Positions 32,401 through 42,377 of a stretch of 64,000 bases of DNA are shown piece by piece (positions within the stretch are counted from its first letter, which is position 1; every line of letters begins with the position of its first letter). The stretch comes from a bacterium (GTDB lineage: Bacteria > Electryoneota > Electryoneia > Electryoneales > Electryoneaceae). The notes beneath the pieces were generated by a model. It saw nothing but the letters and a program-made list of their open reading frames with translations. It searched no databases and was not told where the DNA came from. A program made the position numbers and the translations under genes. The stretch spans positions 4,608,001-4,672,000 of the forward strand of contig OY769902.1 of assembly GCA_963669175.1 (NCBI GenBank). Direction: 5' to 3'.

Positions 32401-33777
32401 ATGCATGCCTATCGGTCGGTAACGATTTTATCGGCGATCATGGCGCTGTTTGCCTTGGGGTATTTCATCGGGTGTTCGGAGGAGGATGACAATCCGACTG
32501 ACGTAGACCCGACCGATACCACCGGGTATCACGCGCTCAGTGAGGCGTCCTGCGCAGGGTGCCACACGAACGAAGCCATGTTGAAGGCAACGGTCGAAGA
32601 GGACAGCGATGACACGCCGCCCTCTTCGGGCGAGGGCTGAGGCGGCAGTGTACCCGAGCTGGAAGCTTGGGAAAAAGTATTTATCGGTGATGATGGCGGT
32701 GAAATGTTCCTGGCAGATGTACATGGCGCCCAGGGATGTGTTGCCTGCCACAGCGGGCAGGATGGTGAGCTGACCAAGGCGGACGCCCATGAAGGCATGG
32801 TGAAGGATCCTTCGGTGGCGTACGAGGAAACCTGCGGCGCGTGTCATCCGGGAATAGCCTCGAACTTTGCCACCAGTTTGCATAGTTCTTTTCACGGCTA
32901 CGAAACCCTGTTTGAGGCTCGTTCCGGCATCTCTTTCGAATCCCATCCGGAAATCGAAGAAGAGTTCGCCAATGAGTGCGGAGCGTGTCATACAACATGT
33001 GGTGAATGTCATGTAAGCCGTCCGCGTAGTGTAGAAGGCGGCCTGGTGCAGGGGCACCGGTTCATGCCGGTTCCGAGCCAGACGAATCAGTGTACCGCAT
33101 GCCATGGATCACGTGTCGGTGAGGAATACCTGGGCCAGCGTGATGGGTATGCCGCGGATGCACACTATGTCCCCATGGGCAAGAACTGCATGTTCTGCCA
33201 TGACGGACATGAGATGCACGGCACCGGGACAGAAGTTGGCACTCGTTACGAGCAGGCCAATATGCCGCGTTGTGAGGACTGCCATAGCGGTGTTGAGACT
33301 ACCAACGACTACCACACTCAGCACTGGGGCCAGTTGCAGTGCCAGGTATGTCACAGCCAGGACTACAAGAATTGTAACAAGTGTCATGTGGGCGGCACCG
33401 GCGTGCGTGAACCTTCATACATCACTTTCAAGATCGGCAAGAACCCGATTCCGGATGAACGTGAATATGAATATGTCGTGTTGCGTCATATCCCGATCGC
33501 TGAAGACACCTACGAGCCCTGGGGCATAACTGATCTGCCGGATTTCGCGGTGTTGCCGAACTGGAAATATGCCAGCCCGCATAATATCAGGCGCTGGACA
33601 GCACGCACTGACACTAGTGATGGCCTCGGCTGCGCATATGTGTGTCACAATTCAGCGGAAACAGATTCAACGGCCAACTGGTTCCTGCGCCAGGCAGACA
33701 TTGATACTCTGACTGCCGCTGAGCAGGAAGCGAACAGCCCGTATATCGTTCCCGACGGCCCGCCGCCGTGGAATTGA
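32401..33777 (+). CDS. Multiheme cytochrome c lipoprotein, probable selenoprotein (UGA at 32638-40 read as Sec80)
   Basis: Lipobox FIGC; one CxxCH before the UGA, nine CxxCH plus one Cx3CH after it in the same frame; SECIS-like hairpin 12 nt after the UGA. Confidence 0.8.
32653..32671 (+). promoter_or_regulatory. Candidate bacterial SECIS element
   Basis: Stem CCCGAGC/GCUUGGG with loop UGGAA, starting 12 nt 3' of the in-frame UGA. Confidence 0.65.
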
Positions 33778-33993
33778 TTTACATGATTCACGATTCGTTA
33801 TGCGGGACAGGCCGCTGGAAGAACTGTCCCGCTTTCATGTAAAGGATGGAATTTCACCTGCAACATTCTTGCGGGGTGAGCATCCAAAGCAGTATGTGTC
33901 AGCGAAATCTGACACAATTTGCACAGAGAAAAACGGGAATACCCATACAAACAAGACCGCCGAAAGGGGCGGTCCAACGAGAGGAAAGTGGAC

Positions 33994-34989
33994 ATGAAGC
34001 TATTGAAGTCGCTTACTTGGCTGATGGTAATGTTACTGGCCATCGGGATGGTAGGCTGTTCGGACGATGATGATGATGATGGTAACCCAACAGGCCCGAC
34101 CACGAAGGATTTTTACACCGACCTGTTTGATGCAGGAAACACCTACTACACAGGTGGCACCAAGAACATCCTGGCGGACTCGGTATTTGCGCACATGAAT
34201 GCCGGTGTGGACATGTTTATCATTGACTATCGTACCGCAGGTGATTTCTCCACACTCGGTCACATTGACGGCGCCGTAAACTGGTCCATTGCTGATCTGA
34301 CAGAAAACCTGTCCCAGATCCCGGCAGACGCTGAAATTGTCAATGTCTGCTATACCGGCCAAACCGCTTCCCAGGCGACAGCAGTATTGCGTTTACTGGG
34401 TTACAATGCCTACAACCTGAAGTTTGGAATGTGCGGCTGGACGGCTGATGAAACCATCAACCTTGGCAAATGGACTACAGGTCTGACGCCGGGTGGCCAG
34501 ACATTGGTTACTGAAGCCACAACCCCTACTGCGACGTATGATGTCCCGATGATCGAAGAAGATGAAGACATGACTGTCGATGAAATCCTTCTTGATCGTC
34601 TCGCTGCTTATGTGGATGTCGCCTCTACACATAATATCAGTGCAGCATCCCTGTACGAAAACCTGAATGATGGTGACACCTCCAACGATCCGTTCATCAT
34701 CAACTACTGGTCAGAAGCCATGTATGACATGGGTCATATCCCCGGCGCTGTCCAGGGTAGCCCGATTACCACGGAGCTTCTGTCTCATATCGAAGATGGC
34801 CAGCAGGTTGTTGTCTATTGCCACACCGGTATGACTTCCAGCCAGTTAATCGTATGGCTGAACGTCCTGGGCTACGATGCTTACAGTATGCTGTTCGGCA
34901 TGAATGCGATCGATCAGGATTCTTTCGGCGATGACCTGACAACCTACCATGCACCGAGCAGTAATTTCCCGGTCGTGACCGGTAACTAA
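33994..34989 (+). CDS. Tandem rhodanese-domain lipoprotein (sulfurtransferase-like)
   Basis: Lipobox MVGC; IIDYR..GHIDGA..CYTGQTA and GHIPGA..YCHTGMTS, both domains retain the active-site Cys. Confidence 0.88.
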   Translation: MKLLKSLTWLMVMLLAIGMVGCSDDDDDDGNPTGPTTKDFYTDLFDAGNTYYTGGTKNILADSVFAHMNAGVDMFIIDYRTAGDFSTLGHIDGAVNWSIADLTENLSQIPADAEIVNVCYTGQTASQATAVLRLLGYNAYNLKFGMCGWTADETINLGKWTTGLTPGGQTLVTEATTPTATYDVPMIEEDEDMTVDEILLDRLAAYVDVASTHNISAASLYENLNDGDTSNDPFIINYWSEAMYDMGHIPGAVQGSPITTELLSHIEDGQQVVVYCHTGMTSSQLIVWLNVLGYDAYSMLFGMNAIDQDSFGDDLTTYHAPSSNFPVVTGN

Positions 34990-35032
34990 GCTGGTTCGAC
35001 ATCCCGTGTTATCGGGATCGACTTTATTTGAA

Positions 35033-35073
35033 CAGGACCACGAGCTGACAGGCTTGTGGTCTTGTTTGTTTTT
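35033..35073 (+). terminator. Intrinsic terminator
   Basis: caggaccacgagc-tgacag-gcttgtggtcttg followed by tttgttttt. Confidence 0.7.
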
Positions 35074-35137
35074 GGAGTTTGAAAGTTTAAAAGTTTGAAA
35101 GTTATAAAGTTATAAAGTTATAAAGTTGGAAAGTTAA
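35074..35137. repeat. Degenerate 8-bp tandem array (AAAGTTNN)
   Basis: gaaagtttaaaagtttgaaagttataaagttataaagttataaagttggaaagtt. Confidence 0.8.
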
Positions 35138-35265
35138 CTATCTCTATTGGCCCCGCCGGCTTGAAAACGCCGTAGCTTGCGAAGGTGTTTGCCCGGCGGT
35201 GGTCTATTCTACTTCAAATTGAGCAGTCAGTCCTTCTGTTTTCATTCCATCTTGAGTATGGTCAC

Positions 35266-35373
35266 AATCCCGACTTTGCCTATCAGATTCTGACGTGCGG
35301 AATGCACTTTTCTCTATTCATCAAATGTGACAATGACATCAACATCATCACAGGGCAAAATCGGGCCACCCGG
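35266..35373. repeat. GGCCCGA-family ~105-bp element
   Basis: Similar to 49245-49350 (aatcccgactttgcctatca...catcatcaca.ggcaaaatcgggccacccgg). Confidence 0.75.
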
Positions 35374-35621
35374 GTTCTCAGAAGTTGGAAAGTTGCGAGG
35401 TTATCCTTTCCCATTTTCCCCAGATCACAAATAGCAAATAGACATGAGACGATCTGCCTGCTTGTTCCTGAGTGAGGGTCGTTCACAGACTACGCATTGA
35501 ACGAACCCACACGAACACGTACATTATCAGGTTACAGTGCGCTGACTAATTCAGCAGAAATCCATAGTTATTGACGGGCTTAGGGGGCATTCTCCGGATC
35601 CCGCCAGAAGAGAAAGACAGC

Positions 35622-36935
35622 ATGCCAACTCCCATGATTGCCATAGTGGGCCGTCCCAATGTGGGCAAGTCCACCCTGTTTAACCGTCTGCTGCAACGTA
35701 GGCAGGCGATCGAAGATGACCAGTCCGGCGTTACACGTGACCGGATCAGCTCGGATATGGACTGGAATGGTGTCCATTTCACGCTTGTGGATACCGGCGG
35801 ATTGTTGCCGCGCGGTGGTGAAGCGTTGGACAACCTGGTTTCCTCCGCTGCCGAAGCTGCCATTGCAGAAGCGGACAAGGTGGTTGTGGTAGTTGATGGC
35901 CAGGTTGGACCATCCGAGCTGGATGTCGATGTCGCACGTATGGTTTTGCGTTCAGGCATCCCCGCCATCCTTGCCGTGACCAAGATTGATACACCGCAAC
36001 ACGAGATCAACGCCTACGAGTATTACAGCCTGGGCCTGGGTGATCCGATGCCGGTCAGCGGCATGAGTGGCATGAACAGCGGTGACTTGCTGGATGAAGT
36101 GGTAAGTGGTTTCGAGAAAAATCCGGACAAGGAAGTTGACGAGAACGAGATCCAGCTCGCCCTGGTTGGACGTCCGAACGTAGGCAAGTCTTCCCTGTTG
36201 AACAAGTTGATCGGGAAAGATCAGCAGATCGTATATGACAAACCCGGCACCACGCGAGATGCGATTGACTTCACCATGAAATATATGGGCAAGACAATTC
36301 GCATGGTCGATACGGCTGGGTTGAAGCGATCCAAAGAGCTGCATAAAGAATCGCTGGAGTATTATACTGCATTACGAACTCTCCGTGCGATTGATCGTTG
36401 CGGCGTCGCCTGTGTGCTGATGGATGCCACAGCAGGGTTGACCCAGCACGATCGCCGTCTTTTCGATGATGTGCGCAATCGTGGCAAAGGCCTCATCCTC
36501 GCTGTCAACAAATGGGACCTGGTAGAAAAGGATCACAAAACGGCGATTGAGTTTGAGAAGGAGATCCGTCTCCAGTTGCCCGACCTGTCATTCGTGCCGA
36601 TGGTATTCATATCCGCCAAGACCGGACAGCGCGCCCGTAAGGTGCTGGACATGGCGCTGGCAGTGCATGAACAGCGTATCAAGCGGATATCGACAGCACG
36701 TTTGAACGAGTTCGCAGAGAAAATTTTCGAACAGAAACCGCCGCCCGCGGTCAAGGGGAAGTGGTTGAAAGTGAAATACGTCAGCCAGGTACGTACTGCG
36801 CCGCCGTTGTTCGCGTTTTTTATGAACTATCCCAAGCTGATGCCGGACCATTACAAACGGTTCCTGGAACGTCGTATTCGAGAAGATTTTGGCTTTGAAG
36901 GTGTACCCTTAAAGATCGTATTCCGTCAGAAATGA
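35622..36935 (+). CDS. der: Ribosome biogenesis GTPase Der (EngA)
   Basis: Two GRPNVGKS P-loops, DTGG and DTAG, NKWD, C-terminal FGFEGVP. Confidence 0.97.
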   Translation: MPTPMIAIVGRPNVGKSTLFNRLLQRRQAIEDDQSGVTRDRISSDMDWNGVHFTLVDTGGLLPRGGEALDNLVSSAAEAAIAEADKVVVVVDGQVGPSELDVDVARMVLRSGIPAILAVTKIDTPQHEINAYEYYSLGLGDPMPVSGMSGMNSGDLLDEVVSGFEKNPDKEVDENEIQLALVGRPNVGKSSLLNKLIGKDQQIVYDKPGTTRDAIDFTMKYMGKTIRMVDTAGLKRSKELHKESLEYYTALRTLRAIDRCGVACVLMDATAGLTQHDRRLFDDVRNRGKGLILAVNKWDLVEKDHKTAIEFEKEIRLQLPDLSFVPMVFISAKTGQRARKVLDMALAVHEQRIKRISTARLNEFAEKIFEQKPPPAVKGKWLKVKYVSQVRTAPPLFAFFMNYPKLMPDHYKRFLERRIREDFGFEGVPLKIVFRQK

Positions 36936-39379
36936 CCAAACCTCAAACATACCTGCGTGTTGCCACCATACAGCCCGCAGATAAAGTTTTGACCTATCTC
37001 CCCGGTCCATTGGCCGGGGATGCTGCGCCTGTGGGCAAACGTGTGATGGTTCCCATTGGGAAGCGTACCGTGGCAGGTGTCGTTGTCGAGATTACCTCGG
37101 AGCAGCCACCGGGAACCGCTCGTCCCATTGAGGATGTGTTGGACAACCAGCCAATCCTCACCGAAGACATCCTGGCCCTGAGCAAATGGGTCGCGCAATA
37201 CTACCTCTGCGGCTGGGTGGAAGCGATTCGCGCCGCGCTACCGGCCGGTTTACTTCGCAATCCACGCCTGCTAATCGCCTGGACCGGCCCCGATCTGGAA
37301 ATGGGCTGGCCACCGGAAGTGCGTGAACATGCCACACTAGCACGGGTTGCACGCACAGTCCTGAGCGCAGGCCAGATTTCAGCGACAAGCCTTGCCAATC
37401 GGATTCGTATGCCCGGCCTGTTCGGTTATCTCCACCAGTTGGAAGACCATAACCTGCTGCGCATCACAGAACAAGCCGGTCTGAATGCTCAAACCGCTTT
37501 CACCGAAGAACTGGTAAAAGCAACCGTTCCACATGATCAGGCTGAGATTCCCGCGAAAGCAACCGCACGACAACGTCTTTGGGATACACTATGGGATAAG
37601 GGTGGACAGGCAACCTGGAAACAGCTTCGCGCCCAGGTTAATGCTGCTCGTCCCTTGTTGGATGCCTTGATCGAAGCTGACCTGGTCAAAACAGAACGAA
37701 TCACTTCACTGGCAACGGAAGGCGGATTTGATCCACGCGCAGCGGGACCATTACCGCCTCTCTCTGAAGATCAGGCAGAAGCGGTCAATGCTGTTATCCC
37801 TGTTCTGTCACAAGATCACTACCGTGGATTTCTGTTGACCGGACCGCCTGGTTGCGGAAAAACCCGGGTTTATGTGGAGCTGATCAAAAAGGCCGTCAGC
37901 CAGTCTAAAGGGGTTGTACTGCTGGTGCCGGAAATCGCTCTTACGCCCCAGGTAGTTGCACGTATCCATGCGGGATTGGATGTACCGGTTGCAGTGCTTC
38001 ATTCCGCGCTGACTCCGGCGCAGAGGGTGGCGGCATGGCGTGAAGTGCGGGAAGGACGCATCAAAGTAGTCGTAGGCGCACGTTCTGCTGTATTCGCCCC
38101 TGTGCAGAATCTCGGGCTGGTCGTAGTCGATGAAGAGCATGAGGAATCGTTCAAACAGGCCGATCCAGCGCCACGCTATCACGGACGTGATGTCGCCCTG
38201 ATGCGTGCTCGTTTAAATAACGCTGTCGCGGTTGTCGTCTCAGCCACCCCAAGCCTGGAAAGCCTGCGTTTGGCAGAAGAAGGCGGCTTGACCAGGCTTG
38301 TCTTGCGTGAACGCTTCGGCGCAGGTTGGCCGGAAATCAGTATTGTGGATCGCAGACGTGAGTCCGGCGACGCGCCGTTCATAGGGCCGGATTTGACACG
38401 CGAGCTGGAAGCCGCGCTGGAACGTGAAGAAGCGGTCATGCTGATGCTGACCCGGCGCGGGTTCGCCCCGGTACTGATCTGCAAGGATTGCGGTTATCGT
38501 GAAGAATGCGATCACTGCGCTGTGACCATGACCTATCATAACACTCGCGATGGTGCGTGGTTACGTTGTCATATGTGCGGGGCGAAGAAGAATGTACCGG
38601 AACAATGCCCCAAGTGCGGGTCGGCGGAACTGATCCCGGCCGGGGCCGGCACACAACGCATTGAAGAAGAAATTGCACGTCGTTTTCCTGCGCTTGCGCC
38701 CATACGGATGGACAGCGACACGACACGAAAAAGCGGGATGCATGAAGAATTATTGCGTCGCTTTTCCGGGGATGAATCCGCCCTCCTGATCGGCACACAA
38801 ATGGTCGCCAAGGGGCATGACTTCCCCAATGTCACCCTGGTTGGTATCGTAAACGCCGATCCTTCGCTGTACCTGCCGGATTTTCGAGCCTCCGAACGCA
38901 CCTTCCGTCTGCTGGTTCAGGCTGCCGGGCGCGCCGGACGTGGCGATAAACCGGGTAAAGTTGTGGTGCAATCGTTGACACCTGATCATGAGGTGCTGCG
39001 TTCACTGCATAAACCGAACATCGACGAATTCCTGAAGCAGGAACTGGAACGCAGACGAGCTTTTGACTATCCCCCGTTTGCGCGCATGGTTTTGCTCACG
39101 GTCGCAGCAGAAGATCATGACAAAGCGGCAGATGTCGCTTTTACAGCAGCGAAGAAACTTCGTGCTATCGGAAAACCTCTGCTTATCATGGGACCATCCT
39201 CGGCGCTGGTGGTAAAGGTGAAGCGTCAATACCGCTGGCGGGTGCTGGTGCGTACCCGGCGTGAAGATGACCCCTCCGGACGCATCCTCCGCAATGCTGT
39301 ACGGCGCGTCCATGAAGAGATCAAAATCCCGAACAAGGTATCCTGGCTTGTCGATGTCGATCCGCTGGAGGTGGCATGA
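36932..39379 (+). CDS. priA: Primosomal protein N' (replication restart helicase)
   Basis: GCGKT, VPEIALTPQ, GARSA, DEEHE, four CxxC, GTQMVAKGHDF, DVDP. Confidence 0.96.
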   Translation: MTKPQTYLRVATIQPADKVLTYLPGPLAGDAAPVGKRVMVPIGKRTVAGVVVEITSEQPPGTARPIEDVLDNQPILTEDILALSKWVAQYYLCGWVEAIRAALPAGLLRNPRLLIAWTGPDLEMGWPPEVREHATLARVARTVLSAGQISATSLANRIRMPGLFGYLHQLEDHNLLRITEQAGLNAQTAFTEELVKATVPHDQAEIPAKATARQRLWDTLWDKGGQATWKQLRAQVNAARPLLDALIEADLVKTERITSLATEGGFDPRAAGPLPPLSEDQAEAVNAVIPVLSQDHYRGFLLTGPPGCGKTRVYVELIKKAVSQSKGVVLLVPEIALTPQVVARIHAGLDVPVAVLHSALTPAQRVAAWREVREGRIKVVVGARSAVFAPVQNLGLVVVDEEHEESFKQADPAPRYHGRDVALMRARLNNAVAVVVSATPSLESLRLAEEGGLTRLVLRERFGAGWPEISIVDRRRESGDAPFIGPDLTRELEAALEREEAVMLMLTRRGFAPVLICKDCGYREECDHCAVTMTYHNTRDGAWLRCHMCGAKKNVPEQCPKCGSAELIPAGAGTQRIEEEIARRFPALAPIRMDSDTTRKSGMHEELLRRFSGDESALLIGTQMVAKGHDFPNVTLVGIVNADPSLYLPDFRASERTFRLLVQAAGRAGRGDKPGKVVVQSLTPDHEVLRSLHKPNIDEFLKQELERRRAFDYPPFARMVLLTVAAEDHDKAADVAFTAAKKLRAIGKPLLIMGPSSALVVKVKRQYRWRVLVRTRREDDPSGRILRNAVRRVHEEIKIPNKVSWLVDVDPLEVA

Positions 39380-39545
39380 TGAGAAGTCACCGCTACACCA
39401 AGTATCGGGAAGCAGACCGGCAAGGACATACTGAAGCCGTATCATTCTCGGCAATGCTTGCGCAGCATTCATTCCCACGAAGAGCCTGTCCCCGAAAGCA
39501 GTGGTCGGGGATGGGAACCGAAGCTTGCGGTGTCCCCTCTTTTGG

Positions 39546-39692
39546 GGATAGCCGTGCATCCAGTCATGTTGCAATATTGCATCAAGTTTGGCATTTGTTG
39601 CAGGGCGCGGCACATAGTAATCCATTCTGGAAATTACCTTCTTATCATGTCGATACTTGCCTGGATCCCCATCTTCATGGGGATGAAAGTGT
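39546..39692 (-). repeat. Diverged inverted copy of the 157-bp GIY-YIG-associated element
   Basis: Reverse complement reads acactttcatccccatgaagatggggatccaggcaagtatcgacat...aatattgcaacatgactggat. Confidence 0.75.
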
Positions 39693-39729
39693 CGTGAGTT
39701 CTGCTTCAGCGTGGAAGGCGGGGATCTCG

Positions 39730-40743
39730 ATGTTTTCATCGTTGTTACTGGTAGTTCTCCTCTTCTGCTTCGCTATTACCCCCGCCTGGGGCGCATTTGT
39801 AACGGGAAAAAGCATGCCGCCGGGGGATTGGAACGAACTCCGTGACGGCGAGTTCAATATTTACTATGAAGGACCGGACCAGAAATACGCGGAACTTCTG
39901 GCCGGATGGTACAGCGAACAACTGGCTGATTTTGCTGCGAAACTTGGGGTTCGGACACCACGGAATGTCCGTGTCTTTATTGCACCGAATGAGGCGCGGT
40001 TCCGTTATCTGACACGTGGTTTGCCGGAATGGACCGGGGGCGCGGTGTATCCGCGAGAACGTGTCGTTGTACTGTTGTCACCTGATGCGAAGTACGGCAT
40101 CAACCAGTTCAAGGCGGTTGCGCTGCATGAAGGCGTACACCTGCTGACCGAGTTGGACGGTAATTCTCATCTACCCAAATGGATGGCCGAAGGGCTGGCG
40201 GTGTATATGAGCGGAGAGACCATTTTCCGACGTCCGTCCAAACTGGCGCGTGCTGTTGTCTTTGATAAAACGCTGACCCTGGAGCAAATCGAAGGGGTTC
40301 TGTTGCTTGGGCCGGAAGATGCACGGCTCGCGTACCTCGAATCGGTCAGTTTTGTTGAATACCTTGTCAACGAATACGGATGGCCTGCCATTGCACAACT
40401 TGTGAAAGGTTTTCGATCTGGAAAGGATGCGGAGACCCTGTTTCATGAGGTAACCGGAAGAGACTATTTTACTGTTGAAGCGGCTTGGCATGCCAAGCTG
40501 CGTTCAAAGTACAAATGGTGGGGTATTGCCTACTGGATTGACTTTGACAGCCTGCTCTGGATTGGCGCCGCTCTCCTGGTGGCGGTTACCGGGATTGTGA
40601 CCATTGTCCGGCGCAGGATGTATTATCGATCTGACCCCCGTTCCCCGGATGAATGGACCGTTTATGACTATTCCGGAGACAGCACGGGTGATGATCCCTG
40701 GACCTATACGGTAGACGATGAGGATGACGATGACCGGTACTAA
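39730..40743 (+). CDS. Peptidase MA-like zinc metallopeptidase, membrane-anchored
   Basis: Signal peptide; HEGVH...PKWMAEGLAVY (HExxH + E); C-terminal TM helix. Confidence 0.8.
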   Translation: MFSSLLLVVLLFCFAITPAWGAFVTGKSMPPGDWNELRDGEFNIYYEGPDQKYAELLAGWYSEQLADFAAKLGVRTPRNVRVFIAPNEARFRYLTRGLPEWTGGAVYPRERVVVLLSPDAKYGINQFKAVALHEGVHLLTELDGNSHLPKWMAEGLAVYMSGETIFRRPSKLARAVVFDKTLTLEQIEGVLLLGPEDARLAYLESVSFVEYLVNEYGWPAIAQLVKGFRSGKDAETLFHEVTGRDYFTVEAAWHAKLRSKYKWWGIAYWIDFDSLLWIGAALLVAVTGIVTIVRRRMYYRSDPRSPDEWTVYDYSGDSTGDDPWTYTVDDEDDDDRY

Positions 40744-41653
40744 GCGAATTGCCATTGCCGCTGCCCTGTTCCTGTTGGCAGCCTTTTCCACCGTGCAGGC
40801 AGATGGCGTGTATGATCTGCTGCGTAATGATGTGAGCCCACGTGGCGCCGCCCTGGGCGGCTTCCCTGTTGCCATCGCCGATGGGCAGGTAACAGCCGCG
40901 TTTCAGAACCCGGGCGCATTGACCACAGCAACCCGTCAGGCCACAGCAGCCTACGCCGATCACCCCCTCGACCTTTCAGCCGGAATGGGTTTTTATGGCC
41001 AGCCTTTCTATAAGGGCTATGCTGCGGTTGGCATGACCTATTTTAATTACGGCGAGTTTGATCAGTATACTTCGGTCAGTTCACCGGCTTCCGGCACGTT
41101 CAGCGCGTCCGACATGGTCCTGTCACTCAGCTATGCGCAACCGATCTGGCGCGGCTTGTCCGGTGGCGTGACTGCGAAGTATATCCGTGGCGAAATCAGC
41201 GATTATACTTCCAGCGGCGCGGCCATGGACCTCGGGCTTTATTATGATCCCAACTGGGATGGCGTAACGATTGGCGCAACTGTACAGAATATCGGCGCAC
41301 AACTGGAAGCATACAACGATACCAAAGAAGACCTTCCCCTGATCGCACGTTTCGGCGTGTCCAACAAGCTGGAACACCTGCCCCTCCGCATTACCGCAAC
41401 AGCACATTATGAACAGAACGAGGACATCTTCTTCACCGGCGCCGGTGAATTCACGGTGTCCGAACTGCTGCAACTTCGTGCCGGATACACCACTCTCGGC
41501 TCAGACTACCGTAATGGCGGCTCCGATGACAGCCTTGCCGGGCTAAGCGCCGGACTGGGCCTGACCTGGCGTGGCTACGGTTTCGACTATGCTTTCCTGT
41601 CACAGGGCGCATTGGGACAGGTACATCGGTTTGGAGTGAGGGCGGTGTTTTAG
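40730..41653 (+). CDS. PorQ/PorV-family outer-membrane beta-barrel (T9SS-associated)
   Basis: SPRGAALGG..NPGAL; DLGLYY; NIGAQL; LRAGY; terminal FDYAF..LGQVHRFGVRAVF. Confidence 0.8.
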   Translation: MTGTKRIAIAAALFLLAAFSTVQADGVYDLLRNDVSPRGAALGGFPVAIADGQVTAAFQNPGALTTATRQATAAYADHPLDLSAGMGFYGQPFYKGYAAVGMTYFNYGEFDQYTSVSSPASGTFSASDMVLSLSYAQPIWRGLSGGVTAKYIRGEISDYTSSGAAMDLGLYYDPNWDGVTIGATVQNIGAQLEAYNDTKEDLPLIARFGVSNKLEHLPLRITATAHYEQNEDIFFTGAGEFTVSELLQLRAGYTTLGSDYRNGGSDDSLAGLSAGLGLTWRGYGFDYAFLSQGALGQVHRFGVRAVF

Positions 41654-41716
41654 AACATGTATTACCCAAATATTTGCCTGGTGTGACAAGTACTTGTGTT
41701 GAAATAAAAATCAACA

Positions 41717-41873
41717 ACACTCTCATCCCTGCGAAGGCAGGGATCCAGGCAAGTATCGACATTACTAGAAGTTGGATTCTCGTTTTACTAATAATGTACA
41801 ACGCCTTGCGAGAGTTTTACACCTTTCATAATATTGCAGTATGACTGGATCCCAGCCTTCGTTGGGATGAGAG
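41717..41873. repeat. 157-bp element with terminal inverted hairpins, left copy
   Basis: Near-identical to 42378-42534. Confidence 0.92.
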
Positions 41874-41974
41874 CTTCACTGATTCTGATACAAGCTGCTA
41901 TATTGCGATGAAAGTGGCAAAGTCTTGTCAATTCTGATAACTCGTGAATTCATTGTCTATTTAGAGGATCTTAC

Positions 41975-42292
41975 ATGCAAATCTGGTCTGTATATATCAT
42001 GGCAAGCAAACGTAATGGTACACTGTACGTTGGTGTGACCAGGAACTTGAAGCGACGAGTCTATGAACACCGTACAGGAGAAATAGAAGGCTTTACAAAA
42101 CAGTACAATATCAAACAGCTTGTTTATTATGAGACATTTTACAATCCGCGAGCTGCTATTGACAGAGAAAAACAATTAAAATGGTGGAAACGTGCTTGGA
42201 AAATACGATTGATTGAGACAATTAATCCAAATTGGGATGATTTATATGATCAGCTTTTTACGGATAGCTACGACAATCCCGCTGGTGTGTGA
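41975..42292 (+). CDS. Small stand-alone GIY-YIG nuclease
   Basis: VYIMAS..NGTLYVGVT..L.RRVYEH; AIDREKQLK.WKRAWK..LIE..NP.W.DL. Confidence 0.92.
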   Translation: MQIWSVYIMASKRNGTLYVGVTRNLKRRVYEHRTGEIEGFTKQYNIKQLVYYETFYNPRAAIDREKQLKWWKRAWKIRLIETINPNWDDLYDQLFTDSYDNPAGV

Positions 42293-42377
42293 ACCTTTTT
42301 GATCCAATGGTAAATCGAAGATATGCTTTTATTCACAGCTCACACACCGATACTCTCATTTGAAGTCATAGGATGCT

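Noticed and set aside
32638-32640. Genome-wide UGA reassignment (code 4 or 25)
   Set aside because: der, priA, hemW and serC end at TGA at their expected C-termini, and Trp is encoded by TGG.
39376-39729. 118-aa N-terminal extension of the peptidase MA ORF
   Set aside because: It is read-through of an intergenic repeat copy; the signal peptide begins at ATG 39730.
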